Assembly: GCF_009914755.1 (NCBI RefSeq)
Contig: NC_060926.1
Source of the DNA: the human T2T-CHM13v2.0 reference genome, Homo sapiens
DNA length: 64,000 nt
Reading direction: 5' to 3' (one strand)
A model generated the notes under the pieces. The model was not told the DNA's origin and did no database searches. It saw only the letters and a program-made list of their open reading frames with translations. Positions 11,556-23,645 of the stretch are shown here, piece by piece. Position 1 is the first letter of the stretch. Each line of letters opens with the position of its first letter. Both the position numbers and the translations under genes were made by a program.

Positions 11556-14500
11556 AAAGTGCTGCTGGATTTTGTCAAATGCTTTTTCTCCATCTTTGAG
11601 ATAATCATGAGATTTTTGTTTTTAATTCTGTTTATGTGGTATATTACATTTATTGAGTGTGTTAAACCATCCCTGTGTCCCTTATATGAAACCCACTTGA
11701 TCATGGTGGATTATCTTTTTCTTAAATGCTGTTGGATTCAATTTGCTAGTATTTTGTTGAGGATTTTAGCATCTATGTTCATCAGAGATAATGGTCTGTA
11801 GTTTTTGTTGTTGTTTGTTTGTTGTCATATCATTGTATTGATATTAGGGTGATATTGGCTTCATAGAATGATTCAGGGAGGATTCCTTCTTTCTCTATCT
11901 TTTGAAATAGTGCCAATAGGATTGGTACTAATTCTTCTTTGAATATCTGATAGAATTCAGCCGTGAATCAGTCCGTTACTAGACTTGTTTTGTTGATAAT
12001 TTTTTATTATCATTTCAATCTCGCTGCTTGTTATTGGTCTGTTCAGACATTCCATATCTTCCTGGTTTAATATAGGAGGTTTGTATGTTTCCAGGAATTT
12101 ATCCATCTCCTCTAGGTTTTCTAGTTTATGCACATAAAGGTGTTCACAGTGGTCCTGAATAAACTTTTGTATTTCTGTGGTATCTGTAGTATTATCTCCT
12201 GTTTTGTTTCTAATTGAGCTTATTTGGATCTTCTGTCTTCTTTTCTTGGTTAATTTTCTTAATGATCTATCAATTTTATTTATCTTTTGAAGGAACCAGC
12301 GTTTTGTTTCATTTATATTTTGAATTGTCTATTTTCTTTCAATTTCATTTAGTTCTGTTCTGATCTTTGTTATTTCTTTTTTTCCACTGTGTTTGGGTTT
12401 TCATTGTTCCTGTTTTTCCAGTTTCCTAAGGTGTGACCTCAGGATACAAAATTAATGTACACAAATCAGTCACTCTGCTATATACCAAGAGCGACCAAGC
12501 TAAGAATCAAATTGATATCTCAACCCCTTTTATAATAGCTGCCATAAAAAAACCACATAGGAATATACCTAACCAAGGACATGAAAGACCTCTACAAGAA
12601 AAACTAAAACTACTGAAAGACCGCTACAAGAAAAGACCTCTACAAGGAATACTAAAACTGCTGAAATCATAGATGACAAAAAATAAATAGAAAGTGATAT
12701 AGTTTGGCTGTGTCCCCACCCAAACTTCATCTTGAATTGCAATCCCCATAATCCCACGTGTCATAAGAGGGAATTAGTGGTAGGTAATTGAATCATGGGA
12801 GTGGCCTTCCCCATGCTGTTCTCATGATAGTGAGTGAGTTCTCTCATGAGAGCTGATGGTTTTATAAGCTTCTGGCATTTCCCCTGGTGGCACTTATTTT
12901 CTCTCCTGCTACCCCAAGAAGAGGTGCCTTCTGCCAAGTTTCCTGAAGCCTCCCCAGCCATGTGGAACTGTGAGTCAATTAAAGCTCTTTTCTTTATAAT
13001 TAACCCAATCTCAGGTATTTCTTCATAGCAGAATGAGAACGGACTAATACAGAAATGCCTCCCATGCTCACAGATGGGTAGAATTGATATTGTAAAATTG
13101 ACCATACTGCCAAAAGAAATATATATATTTGATGCAATTCCCATCAAAATACCACCATCATTCTTTACAGAACTAGAAAAAAAATCCTAAAATTCATATG
13201 GAACCAAAAAAGAGCCCACATAGCCAAAGCAAGGCTAAACAAAAAGAACAATTCTGGAGGCATTACATTACCTGACTTCAAACCTATACTATAAGGCCAT
13301 AACAACAAAAACAGCATGGTACTGGTATAAAAATAGGCACACAGACCAATGGAACAGAATCAAGAACCCAGAAATAAAACCAAATACTTACAGCCAACTG
13401 ATTTTTGACAAAGCAAACAAAAACTTCAAGTGGGGAAAGAACACCCTATTCAACAAATGGTACTGGAATGACTGGCAAGCCACTGTAGAAAAATAAAACT
13501 GGATCTTCATCTCTCACCTTATACCAAAATCAACTTATGATGGATCAAAAACTTAAATCTAAAATCTGAAACCGTAAAGATTCTGGAGGATGCCATTAGA
13601 AAAACCCTCCTACACATTGGGTTAGGCAAAGACTTCAAGACCAAGAACCCAAAAGCAAAAGCAACAACAAAAAAATAAATAGATGGGACTTAATTAAACT
13701 AAAACCTTCTGCACAGCAAAAGAAATAACCAGCAGAGTTAACAGATAACCCACAGAGTGGGAAAAAAATCTTCACAATCTATACATCTGACAAAGGACTA
13801 ATATCCAAAATCTACAAAGAACTCAAACAAATCAGTGATAGAAAAACAAACTAACCCATCAAAAAGTGAGCTAAAGACATGAATAGGCAATTCTTAAAAG
13901 GAGATATATAAATGGCCAACAAGCATATGGAAAAAAAACGCTCAACATCACTAATTATCAGGGAAATGGATATCAAAACCACAATGCAACACTACCTCAC
14001 TCCTGCTAGAATGGCCATAATAAAAAAAATAGATGTTGACCGACATGTAGTGAAAAGGGAATAATTTTACATCGTTGGTGGAAATATAAACTAGTGCAAC
14101 CACTATGGAAAAAAATGTGGAGATTCCTTTAAAAACTAAAAGTACATATATTTGATCCAGCAATCCCAATCCCTACATGATGAAAAAAAGCCATTACATG
14201 AAAAAGATACTTGCACATGCATGTTTATAGCAGCACAATTTGCAATTGCAAAATTATGGAACCAGCCCAAATGCCCATCAATCAACAAATGGATAAAGAA
14301 AAATGTGAGATATATATACACATACACCATGGAATACTACTCAGCCAAAAAATAATTGAAATAATGGCATTTCCAGCAACCTGGATGAAACTGGAGACTA
14401 TTATTCTAAGTGAAATAACTCTGGAATGAAACACCAAACATTGTATATTCTGACTCATATCTGGGAGCTAAGCTATGAGGATGCAATGGCAAATTGGACT

Positions 14501-14686
14501 TTGGGTGCTCAGGGGTAAAGAGCTGGGTGTGGTGAGGAATAAGAGACTACACATTGCATACAGTGTACACTGCTGGAGTGATGAGTGCATCAAAGTCTCA
14601 GAAATCACCAGTAAAGAACTTATTCTTGTAACCAAACATGACCTATTCCCCTAAAACCTACTGAAATAAAAAAATTTAGAAAAAAA
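11230..14686 (+). mobile_element. L1PB1, 5'-truncated with twin-priming inversion (inverted 11230-12438, forward 12439-14686)
   Basis: Minus-strand ORF2 segment ends ~20 nt upstream of where the forward segment begins (tcaggatacaaaattaatgtac). L1PB1-type 3' end (agaaatcaccagtaaagaactta...aaaacctactgaaataaaa). TSD aatccaactgtc (11218-11229) / aatcaaactttc (14741-14752). Confidence 0.9.
12695..13051 (+). mobile_element. THE1D-like solo LTR inside L1PB1
   Basis: tgatatagtttggctgtgtcccc...ggcatttcccctg...ggactaataca; TSD gaaag/gaaat. Confidence 0.9.
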
Positions 14687-14968
14687 GAATATAAATATTA
14701 CTTTATAAATCAGTAATAAACTAGTGATGTCCATACAAAAAATCAAACTTTCAAATATCAAAGACAAAGAGAGATATTTAAATCCAGCAAGGCAAAAAGG
14801 AATACAAGAAATACAAAAATGGCCATAGGTTATTAGATATTTTAGCAGAAGCCTTGCAAGTCAGGAGAGAGTAGGGTGACATATTGAAAGTGCTGTGACA
14901 AAAAAAAAAAAAATGCCTGTCAAACAAATTTTACCTGGAAAAGCTTTTCTTCAAAAATGAAGAGACAG

Positions 14969-15177
14969 GACAATAGGGCAACTATAGTTAATATGAATTC
15001 ATTATATATTTTGAAAAAGCTAGAGAGAGGATTATGAATGTTTGAAACACAAAGATGTGATGAATATTTGGGGTGATGGATATTCCATTTATCTTGATTG
15101 GATAATTACACATTGCATGCATATATAAAAAAAACTCATGTGCCCCATAAATATATGCAGCTATTATATATCAATAA
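14969..15177 (+). mobile_element. L1MA4/5-like 3' UTR fragment inside host ORF1
   Basis: actatagtta...gaatgtt...cacaaaga...ggtgatggatat...ccccataaatat...tcaataa; host ORF1 aatga..gaga repeated on both sides. Confidence 0.75.
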
Positions 15178-16084
15178 GCAATGACAGAGAGATAAAGACT
15201 TCTTGATTTTACAGAAAAAGAAAAGCTTAGGAGTTTATTATCATTATATCTGCTGAACAAAAAAATGCTAAAGGGAATCATTCAAGCAGAAGCAAAAAGA
15301 TGTTAATTAGTAACACAAAATCATATGAAAATATAAAACTCACTGGCAAAGACAAGAACATAATCAAATTCAGAACACTATAATTCTATAACGGTGGTGC
15401 ATAAATCACAACTTCAGCAAAATATTAAAGACAAAAATAGTAAAATAACTACAGCTACAATAATTTGTAATGGGACAAACTATATATAAAATGTAAATTG
15501 TGTAAACTAAAACAAAATATGGAGGCTGAGGTAAGTAAAAGTGTAGGATTTTTATGGGCAATTGAAAATAAATTGTTATCAGCTTAAATAGATTGTTATA
15601 ACTATAAAATGTTTTGTGTAACTCCCATGGTAACCACAAAGCAAAAGTTTATAGTATATATACAATTTCTTTTAAAAGGAAATAAAGTATACCACAACAG
15701 AAAATTATGAAAGCACAAGGGAAAATGGAGGGAGAAAGGAACAAATAATCTACAAAACAGAGAGAAAACAATAACCAAAATGACAATAGTAAGTCTTTAC
15801 CTATCGATAATTACTTTAAATGTATAGTAATTAAATTCACCAAAAGACTGGGTGAATGAATTTTTTAAAAAACCAACTATATGCTGCTTACAAGAGACAC
15901 ATTTCAGCTTTAAGAACACACGTTGAAAATGAAGGGATTGGGAAGAGATTACCTATGCTAATAGAAACAAATGGTGCAGAGTTAGCTACACTTATGTAAG
16001 ATACACTAGACTCTAGGTAAAATATTGTAAGAGTCAAATAAAGTCATTATATAAGGATAAAAATCAACTCATTAAGAATATCTC

Positions 16085-16682
16085 TGTAAATTAGTTCAAC
16101 CATTGTGGAAGACAGTGTGGCAATTCCTCAAGGATATAGAAACAGAAATACCATTTGACCCAGCAACCCTATTACTGAGAATATACCAAAAGGATTATAA
16201 ATCATTCTACTATAAAGACACATGCACATGTATTGCAGCACTATTCACAATAGCAAAGACTTCAAACCAACCCAAATGCCCATCAATGATAGACTGGATA
16301 AAGAAAATGTGGCACATATACACCATGGAATACTATGCAGCCATAAAAAAGATGAGCTCATGTCCTTTGCAGGAACATGAATGGAGATGGAAGCCATCAT
16401 TCTCAGCAAACTAACACTGGAAGAGAAAACCAAACACTGCATATTCTCATTTATAAGTGGGAGTTGAACAATGAGAACACATGGACATAAGCAGGGGAAC
16501 ATCACACACCGGGGCCTGTCGGGGAGTGGGGGGCTGGGGGGAGATAGCATTAGGAGAAATACCTAATGTAGATGATGGGTTGATGGGTGCAACAAATCAC
16601 CATGGCACGTATATACCTATGTAACAAACCTGCACATTCTACACATGTATCCCAGAACTTAAAGTATAATAATAAATAAAAA
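16085..16682 (+). mobile_element. L1PA7-like 3' end (5'-truncated)
   Basis: ggattataaatcattctactataaagac; gatgggttgatgggtgc; atcccagaacttaaagtataataa. TSD aagaatatct (16074-16083) / aagaatatat (17076-17085). Confidence 0.9.
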
Positions 16683-17075
16683 GTAATTATGACTAACTAA
16701 ACACTGAGGGGAAAAAGAGTTTGAAGAGAAATGGGTAGAATTTATTCAAGTTATAATTTTTATTTAAAAGTTGCCATTTGCTCATTGCCTTCCCCAGTGG
16801 AAGGCTGATAAGCGATCCTATATTTCCGCACATGACCACTAGCAGGATCCCACTTAACAGTCAAGCTGTTAGATGTTGCATTGTACACTTGAAGTTTTCA
16901 TGGGCCACTTTTGGGAGCTGAAAGAAGATTGTTGAAAAATAGAGTAAGCAGACAGAACAATGCCTCCCCCTAAAATACATAGAGTTCCCAAGGCAATCAG
17001 AGAATTCTATGCCTCTGGGTTTATCATTAAATTTGACCCCTTAATAAAAATGGTTATTAATTCTTAAATGAAAAA
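16683..17075 (+). other. Putative L1 3'-transduced sequence (~390 bp)
   Basis: Non-L1 sequence between the L1PA7 poly(A) and the downstream TSD; AATAAA at 17043-17048 and an A-tract at 17071. Confidence 0.75.
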
Positions 17076-17199
17076 AAGAATATATAGTCATTATATATAT
17101 ACATGCACCTAACATAAGAGTAGCTAAGATATAAAGCAACTATAAACAAATCTGATGGGAGAAATAGACAAAAATACAATAATAATAGGGAAATTCAGT

Positions 17200-17265
17200 A
17201 CCTCACTTTTAAAAATAGATTGATCACCCAGACCTCACTTTTAAAAATAGATTGATCACCCAGAC
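17200..17265. repeat. Perfect 32-bp tandem duplication
   Basis: acctcacttttaaaaatagattgatcacccag x2. Confidence 0.95.
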
Positions 17266-19134
17266 AATATTACTAAGGAAATATTGGATTTGAACTACAC
17301 TCTAGACCAAATAAACATAATAGGCATATACAGAATATACCATCCAATACCAGCAGAATACACGTGATTCTTAAGTACACAGAGAACATTCCCCAAGATA
17401 AATCGTGTTTGGTCACAAAATAAGTTTTAACAAATTTTAAAATATTGAAATTGCATGAAGTGTATTCTCTGACCACAGAGGTATGAAACTAGAAATCAAT
17501 AACAGGTGGAAAGTTGGAAAATTCAAAAACACTAGAAAATTAAACAACATACTCTCAACCAATTAGTCAAAGAAGAAATAATGAGGGAAATAAAAAAACA
17601 TATTAAAACAAATGAAAATAGAAACCCAACATACCAAAACCTATGGGTTGAAACCAAAGCAGTTCTAATAAGGAATTTTATATCAATTAATGCCTACTTT
17701 AATAAAAAGGGAGAATCACCAATAAACAATTTACTCTTCAAAGAACTTTAAAAAATAAGCCCAAAATTTGTAGGTAGGAGGAAGGAAATAAAGATCAGAG
17801 CAAAAATAAATGAAATAGAGACTAAAAAATAATAATAGGAAAGATCAATGAAACTAAGAGTTGTTTTTCTTGAAAAGATGAAGTTGACAAACCTATAGCT
17901 TTGGCAAACCTTTTTTTCTCCACTAAAAAAGAAAGAAAACTCAAATAAATAAGAGACACAAAATAGGAGACATTACAACTGATACCACAGAAATATAAGG
18001 GATCATGAGAGATTGGTATAAACAATTTTATGCCAAAAAGTGGGTTAACTTGGAAAAAGCTGATAAACTTCTAGAAATATAAAACTTATCACAACTGAAT
18101 AATATAGAAATATGAAATATGGACAGGCTAATAACAAATATCAGATTGAATCAGTAATAAAACATCCCCCATGAAAAAAGATTAGGAACTAATGACTTCC
18201 CTAGTGAATTCTAACAAATATTGAAATAAGAAATAATATTACTCTCTCAAACTTTTCCAAAAAAGGAAGAGAAGAAAACCCTTTTAAACTTATTGTAGAA
18301 AGTTAGCATTACACAAATACCAAAGCTAGACAAAGATGTTATAAGAAAAGAAAACTACAAGCCAATATACCTAATGAACATAGATGCTTAATACTCAACA
18401 AGATACTAGCAAAACACATTCAATAACAAATTAATGTTATCCTTAGTGTGATCTAATGTTATCCCCTGTGTGATTGCATTACAAGATAAGGCCTTTGGAA
18501 AGTAATTAGGTTCATACACTATGATCAAATGGGATTTGTTTTAGGGATGCAAGGATGGCTCAAAATATACAAAGTGATAAATGTAATAAAGTACATTAAT
18601 GGAATGAAATCACATGATGATGTCAAAAGATACAGAAAAATCATTTGACAAAACTTAACATCTTTATATGATAAATACTCCAAAAATTAATTATAGAGGA
18701 AATGTACCTCCACACAATAAAGGTCATATATGACAAGCCCACAGCTAACATTTTACTCAATGGTGAAAGCTGAAAGCTTTTCCTTTAATATCAAGAACAA
18801 GACAAAGTTATCCACTCTCCCCACTTACATTCAACATAGTGCAGGCAGTCCTAGCCTAATGATTAGGCAGGAAAAAGAAAAGCATTAAAATGAGAAAATA
18901 AAAAGTTATGTCTATAGATGACGGAACTCTGTGTGTAGAATATTCTAAAGACTCCACCAAAAACAGTTAGAATTAATAAACAAATTAAGTAAAGTTGCAA
19001 GATACAAATTTAACATACAAAAATTAGTAGAGTTTCCATACACTATCAATTAACTATCTGGAAAAGAAATTAAGAAAACAACTCCATTCACAATTGCATC
19101 AAAATACTTGAACTACTTAAGAATAACTCAAATA

Positions 19135-19251
19135 GGTGAAAAATCTATACCCTAAACAATATAAAACATTGGTGAAAAATCTATACACTGAAAACTATAA
19201 AACACTGGTGAAAAAATCTATACACTGAAACCTATAAAACATTGGTGAAAG
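19135..19251. repeat. 36-bp tandem repeat x3 in L1 ORF2
   Basis: ggtgaaaaatctatacactgaaaactataaaacatt-type units start at 19135, 19171 and 19207. Confidence 0.9.
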
Positions 19252-20729
19252 AAATTAAAGAAGATTTAAGTAAATGGAAAGATACTCTATGTTTCTTTAT
19301 TGTTAATATGTAAACATTAATGAAAGCAATCTACAGATGCAATAAAACCCTTACAATATTTCAATGGTATTTTACACAGAACTAGGAAAAAAAAATTCTA
19401 AAATTGCTATGGAACCAGAAAAGATCTTGCACAGCTAAAGCAATCTTGAGCAAGAAGAACAAAGTTGGGAAAATAAAATGTATTGATTTTAAATTATATT
19501 ACAAAGCTACAATAATTAAAAGAGTACAGTACTGTCATAAAAACAGAGATATAATCCAATGGAACAGAACGGAAAACTCATAGATAAACCCAAGCATATA
19601 TGGCCAATAAATTGTCAACAGGGGCACTCAGAAAACACAATGGGGAAAAACAGTTTCTTTAATAAATGGTGTTAGAAATCTAGATATTCACATAAAAAGA
19701 AAATTGCATTCTTATCTCACACTATACAAGAAAATGAACTCAAGATGGGTTAATGACTTAAATGTAATTTCTGAATTCATAATACTTCTTGAAGTAAACT
19801 TAGGGTAAGAGCTCTATGACAATGGTCCTGGCAATTGTTTTTTGAATATAACACAAGCAATAAAAGCAAAAATAAACAAGTGGGACTATATTAAACTGCA
19901 AAGCTTTGCAGCAGCAAGGGAAACAACAGAGTACAAGCACAACCTATGAAATGGGGGAAAATATTTGCAAACCATATACTCCATTATGGTTTTAATAGCC
20001 ACAATATTTAAATGACTCATAAACTCAATAGCAATAAAACAAAAAACCCAATTAAAAAGTGGGCAAGGATGTAAATTGATTTTTTTCTAAGAAGACATAA
20101 AAATAGCCAACAGGTATATGCAAAGGTGCTCAATATTGCTAATCATCAAGGAAATGCAAATCAAAGCCCCTATGATGTATAACCTTACAACTACTAGGAT
20201 GGCTATTGTCAAAAGATATCAAGTGTTGGAGAGGATGTGGGGAGAAGGGACCCTTATACATTGTTGGTGGAATGTAAATTGGTACAAACATGAGAAACAG
20301 TGTGAAGATTCCTTATAAAATTAAAAAGAGAACTACCGTATAATCTACCAATTGTCTTTTTTGGTATATATGCAAAGGAAATGAAATCAATATAGCAAAT
20401 ATTAAACATATGTGTACATACACAGAGTGGAATGTTATTTAGCCTTAAGAAAGAAGAAAATCCTGCCATTTGCCACAATGTAGATAATCTTGGAGAACAT
20501 CATGCTAAGTGAAATAGAGACACACAAAGACAAATATTCAATGATCTCATTCACAGTAAAATTTAATAAGTCAGACTCATAGTATAGAGTAGAAGGCAGA
20601 GGGCGGTTACCAGGGCTCAAATGGTGGGGAAAATGGGGAGAATTTGGTTAAAGGATACAAACTTTTAGTTATAAGATGAGTAAGTTCTGGCAACCAAATG
20701 AACAGTATGGTCATGATAGTTAGTAATGT

Positions 20730-20845
20730 ATTATATATATATATATGTATATATATATATACACATACATATGTATATATACACACATATATATGTGTAT
20801 ATATACATATGTATGTGTATATATATATATACATATATATATATT
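20730..20845. repeat. (TA)n/(CA)n/(TG)n compound microsatellite
   Basis: Direct observation. Confidence 0.9.
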
Positions 20846-21221
20846 TCAGGTTTGTTAAAGGGTAGGTATTAAGTATTCTCACCACAAAAATAAAAGTATG
20901 TGAGGTGATACTTATGTAAATTAGCTTGATTTTGATAAAATTCTCAAAATGTATAGATACATGAAGACATCATGTTGCATACTTTAGATGTATACAATTT
21001 GTATCAATCAATTATACCTCAGTAAAGCTGGAAAATGGCATATTTGTCTTGCAGAATTGTTAGGATAATTAGAAACAATGTTTATATAAGGTATGCAAGT
21101 AGAAAAAGCAAATTACTATCTGCAAGTAGTGGTAAATTCCAAAAAGGATGAGGATCTACAACAGAGGGTGGCAAAGAAGCAGCCAGATGGAACAAGACAA
21201 AAGAGGAAAATGATAAACTGT

Positions 21222-21390
21222 GAACCAGAGTCATTGGTTTTAATTCACTCCCTACCACTTACTCCCTAGCAGTGTGACCTCGAACAAGGTCCTTCAACAA
21301 CTTGAGTCTTAGTTTTTTCCTAAGTTGAGATAACACCTGTTATGAATTGTCAGATTGAATAAGCGATCTGAATAAAGCATCAGTATCACA
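21222..21390 (+). mobile_element. MIR
   Basis: ccacttac...gtgtgacctcgaacaag...gagtcttagttttt. Confidence 0.65.
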
Positions 21391-23129
21391 ATTAAAAAAA
21401 CATTAGGTCCTATTCCAATTCTCCACCACTCTTCCCCACTAAATTTAGCCCAAGACATTATTACAACTTTCCACTTGTGAATACCAACTAATTTAAAGGG
21501 ATGGTGGCATTGTTCATGAATAGAGTCAAAGACTCTTCAATGCAGATGAGACAGACCCAAGTGTATAATGCAACCCTGTGCTTTACTGGAGAAGAAATGT
21601 GGGGTTTAGGTGGTGAAGAGATTTTCACAAGGATGTGAAACCAACCAGTGAAGATCAAAGAATGTTTTCCCAATGGAGATACCAATTCTTTTTCATAGAC
21701 ACTCCACCCAGACAAAGTTTAAAAATACACCTGAACAGGAAAAACTCCCCATGCCTCCTGATTAAATGCAAAACAAAAACCAGTAAAATAATAATGCCAT
21801 TAACCCATTCGTTAATATTAACATTCTCTTATAGTTTTTTAAAAATTTCTTAGAGTTCTTAATTCTTAAAAAGGTGGCCTCAAACCTTCCCTATACATGA
21901 CACAGGAGGAAAATCATACTTACAATTCAGATCAACAAACTACCTTTCAGTAGTTAGAGATGTTCCCCAAACTCAAATTTACGAGTAAGTGCTGGAGCAG
22001 GAACTTGAGCTCCTGGTCAAGTTATTTTGTCCCCTACAAATTGGGTATCAGTCACCTTACACAGAGCTAGCTGAATCAAGGTTTTTTTTTTTTTTTCTTC
22101 AAAGACAAGAAATACATTTAAAGGCAACTTTTCTGTCTCTCTAACTTCCTTGAGCTACATCTTTAGGAGAAGCTTTTGCTAAATCTTGCCTAGCATTTTA
22201 AATAAATGACTTAACTCTATTGAAAGTGAAGTGTAATTTGTACACATTTTCCATTTAGAAAATTTCTAACATGATACAAATGAATACTTAAGGAATTAAA
22301 CTTAGAGAACTAGGAGCTTTCAGTCTCTGTGAGTATTTGGAATCAGAAAATAAACAGGAAAATTTGTCACATAATTTAAACTATCCTAACGGCTCTTAAG
22401 AAGGCAAATAGGAATCTTTGTGTCAGTATATACCTTTTATTTTATATTTTAAATGTGCACAAAACCTACCGGTAGACAAATATAGTGAAAACAGTATAAA
22501 TTCCACAGAGCGTGTTGTTTATACTTTATGACTTATCCTCCATGAATTGTAGCAAGGATATTCACAAATAATGTGTTTAATAAAAGAAAATATTCCTTTT
22601 CATCTCTATGCTGTATAGGGAACATAAATATTTGGAAGGAGGTATTGAATTGGAGTAACCTAATAAAAATAAAAACGTGATCAAACACTGCAGACCACAA
22701 ACCAGTGTTAACAATTTTAAAATGGTGTTAAATTCTCTTAGAAAGGAAACTTGGCTCCTTCAAGGAATAATGGGTGTTGTAAGTGAGAACAAGTTGGAAA
22801 TACACAAAAATCCCACTGCCATCTGAAGTTTTTAGTATTGTACAAGACACAAAGTTAAAGGTAGCATTCCAATTAATGTTCAGGTCACAGGATGGTGAAC
22901 ACTGTCTATTTATTACGACTTTAAGACAAATTTCTTATTGTTAGAATAAATAGTAACATAGCCAGCGAGAGGAAGGGTGTGAAATGAACCATTCTAGATA
23001 TTCTGTCAGTTCCCGTGAAAGATTGAGAGTTTTTAATTCTTTTATGTATACCCAATTATAAATATACTAAGTATTTGTCTCTAATTCTTAGAAAAAATAT
23101 TTTGATACAAAAGTAAAATATATAGAATA

Positions 23130-23255
23130 CAAATCATATGATCATACACATATATATGTATGATCATACATGAACATACATATGCATATACATATGTACT
23201 TATTTGTATATACATATGTACATATGTATATGCATGTGTATGTTTGTGTGTGTAT
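23130..23255. repeat. TA/CA-rich low-complexity repeat
   Basis: Direct observation. Confidence 0.85.
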
Positions 23256-23391
23256 AGCCACTGCATGCTTCTCTCTTTGGTTTCTTCTGCAGCACAGGCT
23301 GGGCCTTACCATTTGCCATATAAAGCAAAAGGACACTATGGAAAAAGCAATGATATGAAAGTTCAGTCCCAGTCTTTATTTAACAATCGAA

Positions 23392-23645
23392 TGGTAGATT
23401 GGAAAAGGGCTTTAGGGTTAATGTTCTGAGTGAAAAAGATTCTTGTTGAAATCCAGGCCATATTAGCAATGCAACTTTAACCTTCCACCTCTCAATTTTT
23501 CCATCTGTAAAATGATAATATATTAAACAAGTCTATGAATAATATTTGTATAAGAATTAAATGGTACAAAACAGGAAAAAAGCCTTTGAAAAATATGTGC
23601 CACGCAATAGACACTCATTAAAGGTACGCTATTATCATTGTTATT
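23392..23645 (+). mobile_element. MIR
   Basis: catctgtaaaatgataata...gaattaaat...atagacactcattaaa. Confidence 0.7.

Larger units (their letters stand above)
7249..21035 (+). mobile_element. Near-full-length old LINE-1 (L1MA9/L1MA8-like 3' UTR) with nested insertions. Host pieces: 7249-8545, 8692-8812, 11027-11229, 14741-14968, 15178-16083, 17076-21035
   Basis: 5'UTR start (aagatggcagaa), colinear degraded ORF1 and ORF2 segments, and a 3'UTR ending caattatacctcagtaaagctggaaaa. About 6.7 kb of host sequence. Confidence 0.85.

Noticed and set aside
11214-16550. ORFs with RT and L1 C-terminal motifs (also at 49372, 49661, 61904)
   Set aside because: Degraded L1 ORF2 fragments with stops and frameshifts; no intact retrotransposon ORF.
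20607-20885. Tyr/Ile-rich ORFs (also 23081-23429, 44111-44338, 54994-55209)
   Set aside because: Translations of TA/CA microsatellites.
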